Positions 53,586 through 64,000 of a stretch of 64,000 nt of DNA are shown one piece after another (within the stretch, counting starts at the first letter, position 1; each line of letters starts with the position of its first letter). This stretch comes from Octopus sinensis (lineage: Eukaryota). A model generated the notes under the pieces. It saw nothing but the letters and a program-made list of their open reading frames with translations, made no database searches and was not told the DNA's origin. The stretch lies in NCBI RefSeq assembly GCF_006345805.1, contig NC_043012.1:39432001-39496000 (forward strand), in the 5' to 3' direction. The translations under genes were made by a program, and so were the position numbers.

Positions 53586-54245
53586 CGTATATATATATAT
53601 ATACATACACACACACACACACACACACGACGGGATTCCTTCACTTCAATCTACAAAAATCACTCACAAGCCTCCGGTCGGCCCGAAACTATTGTAGAAG
53701 ACACTTGTCAAAGTGCTATACAATGGGACTGAACCTGAAGCCTCATGTTCGGGGAGCAAACTTCCTACCACACAGCTACCCCCGGGTTTGGTGGGGTGTT
53801 TTGGTTTTTGATTTCATTTACATCGTGTCTTCAAAATATGCCTCCACCAGCGCAAAAATCAATGCTTCTTTTTTGTTCCATATCATAACATTGAGACACA
53901 TGGCACAGCTCCGTATTTTAGGTGTTTGATGAACACTTTTCTGAAGTCTTAACGTTGATGAATCAAGACGTGAAATGTTTGACAATGCAGATCTAAGATA
54001 TTTCTTGTGTGTGTGTGTGTTCATATGTGTGCTAAGGCGTGTGTATGTTTGTGTGCATCTGTGTACATGTGTGTATATATGTACCTGTGTAACTATATAG
54101 CTCGTGTGTGCATATGTAAATACATTTATTTGCCTGTATATGTACGTCTATATCTGTGTGTTTGTATATGTATGTGCGTATCTCTGCGGTCTGTGTGTGT
54201 ATATGTAAGCACAATTGTTAGCCCCGTATGTGTATATTTTGGTGC

Positions 54246-54277
<32 letters not shown>

Positions 54278-55664
54278 TGTGTGTGCATATGCAATGTAAA
54301 TAGATGTTTGTGCGCATGTGTATGCGGGTCTCAAATTTTGAGTAGCCTCGTCAGTGTGCGCGCGCGCGCATGTGTGGGCACGTGTGAGCGTAATCATGTC
54401 CTTGATACTTTCAACTTATTACGGGTGGTTTGCAATAAAGAAACTCGTTAAATCCATCGCTATCATTCCGCTGCTTATTTCCACACTATAATTATTTAGT
54501 GTGAAGTTGATACACCGAGGGAGAAATAGAGCTTTTTGAATCACGGACACTGCTCTTAATACCTCTCTCTCTCTCTCTTTATCTTCCTCTCCCTATCTCT
54601 CTACCTTCCTCTCCCAAACACACACATACACACACACAGTTATCTATTCAGAAGGCAGGCCATATATTAATGACGTTTCTTTTAACGAATATGTTTCAAT
54701 ACTTGTCTGTATTAGTTTCTTCTGATTATCGTCGAATAATCACTAAAAGCTTGTTACTAACTTTTATGGTTTACCGCCAACGACATACAGTTTCTTTACG
54801 ACATACACACCAACACATACACACACACACACACACAAAGCACCCTCGGAAATTTTCTGTACGATATATACACAGGCGACCCCATACACACACTCACACA
54901 GTTATATATATATATATATATATATATAAATGTGTGTGTTATATGACCCATGCACATATATATGATCGAAGCATTAATAGTCTAACGTATGCGTTTGTCT
55001 TTCAAAGTAATCTGAATATCACATCCGCTAAACGGCATTCGTATTTGGAGTGTGTGTAAATATTGCGTGCTTGCGATGATCGTTAATATGTAGCTGCCGA
55101 TGGTTCATAATGATCACGTCTTTAATACAAAACTTTCTGCCGTTTCTATCCAAAGCGATCTTCAGAAACTATAACTTCCTTGTTGGCTCTGTCAAAAGCC
55201 GAGATACATTACTAACATACTTAATTGGCATATTTAGATGTTCTAATATGAAAATTACTCTCAGCAAGAAACCATACTTCCTCTGAAAATTTTGTTACGG
55301 TTCTATTGCTCAGTCGTCCTCGTCATTATTATTGTTATTTTCGTCATAGTTTTCTCTCCCCGACTGCGACTATAAAGAAAAGGGACTCAGTCACTGACCT
55401 TTTATAATGTTCAAACATGATACCTGTCCAGAACTATGCTATAAAATGTGCATTCCACTTTTTAGGAGTTAAGTTGTAAATTTTGCGTGGAATTAAGCTG
55501 CTATTTCTCGTAGAGGAATATTCCTTGTGTTGGTTCGTTCCTTGGCCATTGTTTGGACAAGTATCGCCAAAGAGAAAATCTCGCATAGACAAATCATATA
55601 ACACTCTATAAAGGATTAGATGCAGGAAGGACCCTGAAGTCACAAATTATTACTATTAAATCAA

Positions 55665-55812
55665 CAGAGCTCGTAGAATCGTTAGTAAGTCGGGTAAAAT
55701 ACTAAGCATTCTGTTCCGAGTTCAAATTCTGCCGAGGGCGATTTTGCCTGTCGTCCTTTCGATGTCCAGCAAAACTTCTATAATTTCAGGCCTTATGTCT
55801 AAATAAGAAAGG
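55665..55812 (+). mobile_element. SINE family B, deleted copy
   Basis: GAGTTCAAATTCTGCCGAGG..TTTTGCCTGTCGTCCTTTCG. Confidence 0.7.
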
Positions 55813-55857
<45 letters not shown>

Positions 55858-57445
55858 GGCTTTTACTTGGCTTTTTTACAAGTTGACTCCAAATCTCACC
55901 CAGAGACTTCAAGAGACAAGTTAGAAGTTCACGTTGGTGTTATGACTAGGGTGCCATATATTGGGTTGTCCAGAAAGTTCGTGCCGATTTTTAAAGGAAA
56001 GAAAAAGGTCAATAAATACTTGCCATTACATTTTTAATCAACCAGATATGAACCATTTTGTTGCACAATGCGTCTCCATCTTTCCTTTAACTTGAAAATA
56101 CCCTCTTCCCACAATTGAGGAGGTTTCATGGCAAAGAATTCATCAAGGTATCTTTTTATGTCATCCAAGGAATTGAAATTTTTACCATTAAGACTATTCT
56201 GCAGAGAACTGAATAAGTGTAAATCCGACGGAGCAATACCTGGTGAGTATGGAGGGTGAGGTAACACATCCCAGCCGAGCCGCAATTTATGTCTGGTTCC
56301 CAAAGCATCAAATGCCGAAAATGAAATTTCTTATCTTCCAATTTAAAGGGTTACAGAATTAACACAGGTTATAGGAACATAAACCTTCTTCCACGAACAG
56401 ATAGCTTAAACTGTGCTCTAAATGGAGGTGTAGTCAAATCCTAACTTATAGACTCAACGATGTTCTAAAATAAGTCGAAAGGTAAGCTCCTATAAATAGG
56501 CATGAACTTTCCGACAACCCAATACTTAGTTTTATTATTGTTCTAGAAAATGTCTGTCAAAACATAAGTAAATTAGAGATTTGTTTGAAAAGTAATTTGA
56601 TTATAAGATGATAGTCTGATGTTAAGACGACAGTAAAAGGTGTTTGCTGTTATGTACTTTTGCTATGTATTTTGACACTTTTTACGGATGAAAATATTTG
56701 TGCGATTATATAGACAGCATTTTACGAAGGGTATGGGCAGTTCCTATGAGCACTATTTTCAAAAGTTTCTTCTATTTTTTGATACCTGAGCTAAGTAGCA
56801 ATCATCCTCTTTTGCTATCATTTCTCGGGCACCTATGACCTATAACAACAGGTATTGCTTTAGTCTTGAGGTTCCACATTTTGCCAATTTCTATTCCAAG
56901 ACCTTTATACTTGCTCAGTTTTTGGTAGGTTTTGACAGATACATTTATGTCGATTGGGACAGTCATATTAATGAGAAGGCATGATTTTTATTGAAGTCCT
57001 TCAATATAATGTCTGGCCTATTCGCATCGATCTTTCTGTCAGTTTGAAAGATGAAGTTCCAAATGAGTGAGATGTGATCATTTTCAAGCACTGGCGGTGG
57101 TTTGTGTTCCCTACCCATGAGGTAGGTTCAAGTCTCTGCAAATTACCCAGTGAATATACTGTACTGCTCCATCATGCCTGTTGAAGTGTTCTGTAGACGC
57201 AAAACGACTGCACACGGAGACATGATCAATGGTTTCATTTTGTTGTTTACATACACGATATGTTGGGCTACTGCCGTTCTTTAAGATGTTGGCATGGTAG
57301 CTTCTCGGAGGTAAGCATTGATTTGGGGCTGCTATGGTAAACCTTTCTGCCTCTGATTTTAAGAAAGAAGACACTAACCATTGATTCGTAAGGGCTTTGT
57401 GAACATCGGTATTATTAACTCTTTTTGGGCATTTTCTTGCCATTT
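55858..57445 (-). pseudogene. Dong/R4-clade LINE 3' fragment (zinc knuckle plus RLE endonuclease), with its 3' end at (TAA)n
   Basis: RVCKQQNETIDHV..RHDGAVQYIHWVIC; WNFIFQTDRKIDANRPDII; [22 protein letters not shown]. Abuts (TTA)n at 55814-55857. Confidence 0.85.
55961..56522 (-). mobile_element. Internally deleted mariner element, inserted in the Dong 3' UTR
   Basis: TA|TTGGGTTGTCCAGAAAGTTCGTGCC ... GGCATGAACTTTCCGACAACCCAA|TA. N-terminus MEDKKFHFRHLMLWE is joined out of frame to WDVLPHPPYSPGIAPSDLHLF...GIFKLKERW. Confidence 0.93.
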
Positions 57446-57557
57446 ATCAGTAAGAATATCTAACTCCTCAGTTTTAGCATGGGTTTTCATATGCTTAGAT
57501 TTTCTCTGCGCTTGTTTCCAGTACGTCTAACTCTAGGATTTTTGATTTGGGGGTGGG

Positions 57558-57558
57558 G

Positions 57559-57591
<33 letters not shown>

Positions 57592-57700
57592 GTCGTCGTC
57601 GTCGTCGTCATCATCATCATCATCATCATTATTATCATCATCATCATTATTATCATCATCATCATCATTATTATCATCATTATTATCATTATTATCAATC
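57558..57700. repeat. (ATC)n/(GTC)n trinucleotide array
   Basis: Visible; source of the poly-D/S/I ORFs. Confidence 0.95.
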
Positions 57701-58170
57701 ATATTAATACGCTTAGTTATTTTTTTTATGTACCTGTGGTGTATGTCACATTTATTTCGAAGGATGAGGTAAAATGTAGGCGGGAAAGGTACAAAAAGAC
57801 AAAGAGTCAGCAAGAGAGAGGAGTGACAGAGAGAGAGAGAGTAAGAGAAGGAGAGAGAGAGAGAGAGAGAGAGTGAGTGAGTGGTGACTGAAAGGAAGAG
57901 AGGGAAAATGATTATCAGTATTTTCAGAGTAGACTGATACATGCATCGAAAGAAAAGTAGATAGGCGCAGGTGTGGCTCTCTAGTTAAGTAGCGCGATTA
58001 CCAAGCACATGGTTCTAGGTCCTACTGCGTTGCACCTTAGACAAATGTCTTCTACTGTACCCTCGGGCCGACAAACTGAAAGAAGCACGTCGTATGTTTA
58101 TATATATATATATATTCCCCCAAATTTGAGACCTTGTGCTTCCAGTAGAGAGAATTGTTATTATTATTAT

Positions 58171-58292
<122 letters not shown>

Positions 58293-58520
58293 TGGCGGTA
58301 AGCTGTCAGAATTGTTAGCACGCTGGACGAGATGCTTAGCGGTAATTCGTCTGTCTTTTCATTCTGAGTTCAAATTTCGCCGAGGTTGACTCTGCCTTTC
58401 ATCCTTTCGGGGTCGATAAATTCAGTACTAGTTGCATACTGGGGTAGATCTAATCGAATAGTCTCCTTCCCCACAAAAATTTCTGGCCTTGCGCCTATAG
58501 TAGGAGAGACTGTTATCATT
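58293..58520 (+). mobile_element. SINE family B following a (TAG)n/(TGG)n array (58158-58292)
   Basis: GCCTTTCATCCTTTCGGGGTCGATAAATTCAGTAC. Confidence 0.85.
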
Positions 58521-58529
58521 ATTATTATT

Positions 58530-59400
58530 TACTTTTAATCTGCATATTTGTTACAATCACTCGCCGAGATACACCCAGCGTTCTAGGGCAAGTGAAGGGT
58601 AAGAAATGTTACAGTATGACTGAGAGCTAGGGGAGGGGAAGTGGCAGGGGCAGTAGCGAAATATCTTCATGTTATACAAAACATACATTTAAATGGATAT
58701 GGTTTTTCTAAGGATGTGGGCAGTATTTGTCAGCACAATTTCTTTGATTTCTCTGAGACATGGTTCTCCTGGGATATTATCTAGATGTTTCTGACATCTC
58801 TTTCTTATCATACCTAGGGCACCCAAAATAACAGGAACAGTTCTCGCTTTAACATGCCACATGTTTTGTATTTAAATTTCCAGGTCCTTACATTTATTTA
58901 TCAAATTCATTTACAGATGTATTTTTATCAGTGGGAACACTTACACCTATTTTAATAACTGTCTCGTGTCGATTAGCCTGGATCGTTCTATCTGTTTTGA
59001 CAGGAAAATCTCAGAGGATAGTGACATTTTTACCTTGAACGACTGGCTCGGGATGATGTTCATACCAGTAAGCAGGAGTGCTGGCAGAAACGTTAGCACG
59101 CCGGCGAAATGCTTAGTGGTATTTCGTCTGCCGCTACGTTCTGAGTTCAAATTCCGTCGAGGTCGACTTTGCCTTTCATCCTTTCGGGGTCGATAAATTA
59201 AGAACCAGCTACGCACTGGGTCGATGTAATCGACTTAATCCGTTTGTCTGTCCTTGTTTGTCCCCTCTATGTTTAGCTCCTCGTGGGCAATAAAGAAATA
59301 AGTAAGCAGGCGTGCTGATTTTGTAGTTTTTACATATTTTCAATGTAAATACTGCTCTACCCTATCATGACGATTTTTATAGTCATAGTTTTGAAGAGCG
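58530..59400 (-). pseudogene. Second Dong/R4-clade LINE 3' fragment, split by a SINE B insertion
   Basis: YKNRHDRVEQYLH*KIC; KDLEI*IQNMWHVKARTVPVILGALGMI; TTA repeats on both flanks. Confidence 0.8.
59080..59300 (+). mobile_element. SINE family B with a 17-bp target site duplication
   Basis: AGTAAGCAGG(A/C)GTGCTG at 59067-59083 and at 59301-59317. Confidence 0.9.
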
Positions 59401-59434
59401 TTATTATTATTACTATTATGATTATTATTATTAA

Positions 59435-59645
59435 AGCGACGAGCAGGCAGAATTGTTACCGCGCCGGACAAAGAGCTTAGCGGCATTTCTTCCGTCTTTA
59501 AGTTCTGAGTTCAAATGCCGCCGAAATCGACTTTGCCTTTCATCATTCGGGGTCGATAAATTAAGTATCAGTTGCGTACTGGGGTCTATCTAATCGACTG
59601 ACCTCCTCCCAAAATATTTCGAGCCTTGTACCTAGAGTAGAAAAG

Positions 59646-59716
<71 letters not shown>

Positions 59717-59925
59717 AGCGACGAGCTGGCAGAATTGTTACTGCGCCGGATAAAATGCTTAGCAGTATTTCTTCCGTCTTTAAGTTCTGAGTTCAAATGC
59801 CGCCGAGGTCGATTTTGCCTTCATCCATTGATCTTGATAAAATAAAGCTCAAGCCAAGCACTGGGGTCGATCTCTTCTTCCCTTTTCCCTCGAAATTTCA
59901 GACCCTGTAGCTATAGTACAAAGAT
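59435..59925 (+). mobile_element. Two tandem SINE B copies (59435-59646 and 59717-59925) separated by (TTA)n
   Basis: Both start GCGACGAGC.GGCAGAATTGTTAC and share TTAAGTTCTGAGTTCAAATGCCGCCGA. Confidence 0.85.
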
Positions 59926-60446
59926 GTTGTTACTGTTATTTGACCTTACATCAGCTTTCACATCAATAAAATCTCACATGAAAGATATTTCAATAGTGAA
60001 AGTTCCCCTCTGTACCTGCGTTGATCTACAAGTAGTAGGCATCATCAGGTGGATTTATGTTGCTTATTTTACCTCTTCTCACCCGAATTCTCAAACACTT
60101 ATATAAATCACATATAATCGCATTTCATGAAAAATAGATTGTGTGTGGGAGGTGTATAAATGCACATATCGCTATTGGGAGTCAATCATGGCGCCCAAAA
60201 TTTGATGCCAGTGTTTGGGGTCCTGACCCATAACTTAGGAACCACTGTCACACTGAATATGCTCAAGATTTGCATGAAGTATACACGTGGTTGCATAATA
60301 CTCAGTCACTTAAAAGTTACACAATAATTTCGATGAATAGGATGTCGAGGCGATCAAACAACTGGAATAGTATTCGTTGAAAATGATGGAGTATCCATTC
60401 ATATGCTTATCTATGAACTACACAGTCTCTCTCACACTTTATCTCG

Positions 60447-60490
<44 letters not shown>

Positions 60491-60554
60491 GTATGTGTGC
60501 GTGTGTGTTGAAATGTGTGTTCATTTATTGATATATGTATGTATATGTATGTAT

Positions 60555-60605
<51 letters not shown>

Positions 60606-61819
60606 TATATATATATACAATAACCTGATTATTAAAGATGTGGGCAAAAGTGAAGGCAAGAGAAGGAACCCTCTGATAAAACAAACATGTATTTTAGTAA
60701 CTGCTGCGATAAGAAGACAAATTGTAATGCAGAATGTCTGTTATGTTGTTTATTTCCACAGATGCAAGGACAAAAGGATTAACTATAAAATATCTCCTAT
60801 TTCTTCTTATGGAAATTTCTCAATAATTCTTTGGGTATTATCTTTGCTGAACGGAAATAGTTCAGAAGTGTTAAGAAGGAATATTTTTGACTAAAATAAA
60901 TAGCTTTACAAGTTGTTTTGTTGCCAAAAGAAGTGGAGAAAACAGATATGAAATATTAAAAGAAAAGTATTACAATATTTTCTTTCTTTTTCCTTCGCAC
61001 ATAATTAACAAAGATGCAAAATGGCCTCAAGTATTTAGTTGCCAGGGTTTCTCTTTAACATTTGACAGAAGTAAAACAGAAATTCCGTTTTGCTTTTTGT
61101 CATTTCACATTCTTTCCTCGTACGTAACATGTTGCTGATGTTTAGAATTACGAGTTGATAAAACCACATAACTTTCGTAGACACAAAATGTTTGGTTTAA
61201 GTCGGTGCAGAGCAATGTTTATAAACCATTATATCGTTACGTAGATTAAATAGAAACGTCTCACATACTTACAAAGTCATATAAGACTTTAGAGGTCCCG
61301 ATTCGAAAGAGTAAAACGATGGACTTCTAATGATGACAGGCCAGTTTATTTGCTGTCTCAAATTAGTGTTAACACATCCCTAATGCTATATAATCCTAAG
61401 AAATAAAATGAAAATTCAAAGAACTAAATACATAATTTGAAGATAAAGGAAAATAAATTTTCATAAGGGTAATTTTGGTAATAATTTTGGTGAATAAGAT
61501 ATATAAACAAATAAATTTTCTTTAATTCTACTTTAGCATTGGAAATTTCTGGCAATAATCTTTTCCACTCTACTCACAAGGCCCGAAAATTTAGGGAAGC
61601 GGGCGGTGCGGTGCAAATCAATTGCATTGAAACAAGCGTTCAGCTGGTATTTTCTTGACCCCCAAAAGATGAAAGGTAAAGTTGACCTCGATGATAACAA
61701 CTTAAATGTCTACTGAGGCATTCGAGGCGATTGAATATTTGTTTTTCAGTTCTATATTAAAGAGATGAAGAATTATTCACATTATTTATATTATTTGCAT
61801 TTGAGATGACAAATATCTC

Positions 61820-62208
61820 TTTTTACCCTCTTTTACTTGCTTCAGTCATTTGACTGCGGCCATGCTGGAGCACCACCTTTAATCGAGCAACTCGACCCTG
61901 GGACTTATTCTTTGTAAGCCTAGTACTTATTCTATCGGTCTCTTTTGCCGAACCGCTACGTGACGGGGACATAAACACACCAGCATCGGTTGTCAAGCAA
62001 TGCTAGCGGGACAAACACAAACATACACGCACACATATATATACATATATACGACGGGCTTCTTTCAGTTTCTGTCTACCAAATCCACTCACAAGACATT
62101 GGTCGGCCTGAGGCTATAGTAGAAGACACTTGCCCAAGGTGCCACGCAGTGGGACTGAACCTGGAACCATGTGGTTGGTAAACAAGCTACTTACCACACA
62201 GCTGCTCC
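61820..62208 (-). mobile_element. SINE family A, full length
   Basis: Colinear with 893-1290. Confidence 0.9.
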
Positions 62209-62232
62209 TGTCAAATGTAAATAATATTTGTC

Positions 62233-62635
62233 TTTATTGCCCATAGGGAGCTGAACATTGAGGAGAAAAACAAGGACAGACAAAGAGATTAAGTCGATTA
62301 CATCGACCTCAGTGCATACCTGGTACTTATTTAATCGACCCCGAAAGGATGAAAGTCGACCACGGCGGAATTTGAACTCAGAACGTAACGGCAAACGAAA
62401 TACCTATTTCTTTACTACCCACAAGGGGCTAAACACAGAGGGAACAAACAAGGAGAGACATACGGATTGAGTCGATTATATCGACCACAGTGCGTAACTG
62501 GTACTTATTTAATCGACCCTGAAAGGATGAAAGGCAAAGTCGACCTCGGCGGAATTTGAACTCAGAACGTAACGGCAGACGAAATACCGCTAAACATTTC
62601 GTCCAGCGTGCTAATGATTCTGCCAGCTCGCCGCC
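62233..62635 (-). mobile_element. SINE family B dimer (full copy 62635-62404 plus a 5'-truncated tandem copy)
   Basis: GGCGGAATTTGAACTCAGAACGTAACGGCA occurs twice. Confidence 0.9.
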
Positions 62636-62652
62636 TTGACTTGTTTGTTGGT

Positions 62653-62698
62653 AACACAGCGTTTCGGCTGATATACCCTCCAGACTTCGTCAGGTGTC
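62653..62698 (-). ncRNA. Type I hammerhead ribozyme motif
   Basis: GACAC-CTGACGA-A-GTCTG-GAGGGTATAT-CAGCC-GAAAC-GCT-GTGTT; U16.1 is replaced by C in this copy. Confidence 0.75.
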
Positions 62699-63089
62699 TT
62701 GGGTAAATTTCGAATCTGGGTTCTCATTCCTACGTATTTTTCGATGTTATTATTATCATTATTATTATTAGTAGTAGTAGTAGTAGTAGCAGTACTATTC
62801 ACTGCCTGGAATCGAACTCGGAATCTTGGGGTTAGTAGCCCGCGTTCTTAACCACTACGCCATATGCAGTTGAATATTGCTGAAATAAATATAGACGGCC
62901 TACACATAAAGATTAATATCCCCGAGAAACAAATTTCTGTTTGTGTAATACGCAAATTTATGCTAAAAATCATTTGCGGATGATTTGGCATCTATTTTTA
63001 CACCATAAACAGAACAAACGTCGCAAGACATTTTTCTGAGACTTAAACGATCGAACTAAACCACCACCAAAAAAGAAAAAAAAAATTCT

Positions 63090-63290
63090 TCAAATTTCGG
63101 CACAAAGCCAGCGATTTTGATAGGAGCGGGTTGATTGATGCCATTGACTCAAATATTTGAGTGGTACTTTATTTAGTCGACCCCAAAATGATGAAAAACC
63201 AAATTGACTTCGGCTGGATTTGAACGTAGAAGGTAAAAACACGGAACAGATAGTGCAAAGTATTTTGTCCGCCGCACAACCAGTATCACC
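63090..63290 (-). mobile_element. SINE family B, degenerate; another at 61560-61700
   Basis: GGTACTTTATTTAGTCGACCCCAAAATGATGAAAAACC..GGATTTGAACG. Confidence 0.65.
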
Positions 63291-63569
63291 AAGCCAAACA
63301 ACAGGTTACAATATCCACTAAAAAAATAACACTTCACTGAGATGAAGGAACTATGATTATAGTTTGATAGGAAAATTAAGCGAATTAAAAGCTTATTTTT
63401 GTTTTTATATGTGGTTTGTTTGATAAACTGGAGACGTAAAATATAAATAGAACAACTTCACTAGTAATTTTCTCTTTCAACTCTTCCAAGCGGCCTTGTT
63501 TGTGTTGTTTCATTATTGACCATTAAAGACATTCACCTCTTGCTTTACACCAGCAACTCTTTACGCAAT

Positions 63570-63990
63570 GATTTCTCTCTTCTTTTTATCTCTCTCTTTC
63601 TCTCATTACTCTTCCATTCTGTCTCTCTCACCACTCTTCCAATGTCTCTCTCTCTCTCTTTCTCTACTCTCATACACTCACATGCAGTTCCCTCTTTCAC
63701 ATTGAAATTGTTTCTTACACACACAATTTCTCACTCACTATCTCTCTCCCTCCCTCGCCCCTCCCCATCTTTCTCTCCCTCCCAATTTCTCTCTCCCTCT
63801 CCCTCTCCCCCTCCCCCTCCCCATCTCTCTCTCCCTCCCCATTTCTCTTTCCTTCCCCATTTCTCACTCTCCCCATTTCTCTCTCTCTCCATCTCCGCCT
63901 CTCCCGCCCCATCACCGTCTCTTGCTCTCTCTTATTTCTCAAATTCTCAATTTCTATAACTTATTCTCTCTCTCATTCCATCTCTCAATA
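63570..63990. repeat. Polypyrimidine (CT-rich) low-complexity tract
   Basis: Visible. Confidence 0.9.
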
Positions 63991-64000
63991 TTTTTTTTAA

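Larger units (their letters stand above)
61747..62867 (-). mobile_element. tRNA-headed, hammerhead-containing SINE with nested SINE insertions
   Basis: Head 62867-62801 (TGGCGTAGTGG A box, GTTCGATTCC B box), then (TAC/TAA)n, then hammerhead 62698-62653. TTGAATATT lies on both flanks (61731 and 62870). Confidence 0.65.

Noticed and set aside
56034-56303. SETMAR-like host gene
   Set aside because: Lies within TIRs and TA duplications of a deleted mariner; no SET domain
57487-57942. Poly-Asp or poly-Ser protein
   Set aside because: Translation of (ATC)n and (GA)n arrays
62801-62867. tRNA gene (ACT anticodon-like loop)
   Set aside because: The acceptor stem is incomplete and there is no T-run terminator; it is a SINE head

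Overview
Repeat-saturated, AT-rich eukaryotic genomic DNA. The SINE families, Dong/R4 and RTE LINE remnants and very dense (TA)n/(CA)n arrays point to an octopus or other coleoid cephalopod (inference). I could not support any intact host protein-coding exon, and most of the ORF track is translated microsatellite. Recognisable content: at least five SINE families; decayed LINEs (CR1-like, RTE, Tx1/L1, Dong/R4); a Gypsy pol with its 3' LTR; Tc1/mariner remnants and MITEs; a Helitron helicase fragment; and hAT-like MITEs. The most notable layer is a dense set of candidate self-cleaving RNA motifs, all folded by eye. It comprises at least six type I hammerhead motifs of different sequence families (Penelope-like/retrozyme type, most of them next to (TA)n arrays), one of them inside a tRNA-headed SINE, plus an HDV-like ribozyme fold at the 5' end of an RTE-like module.
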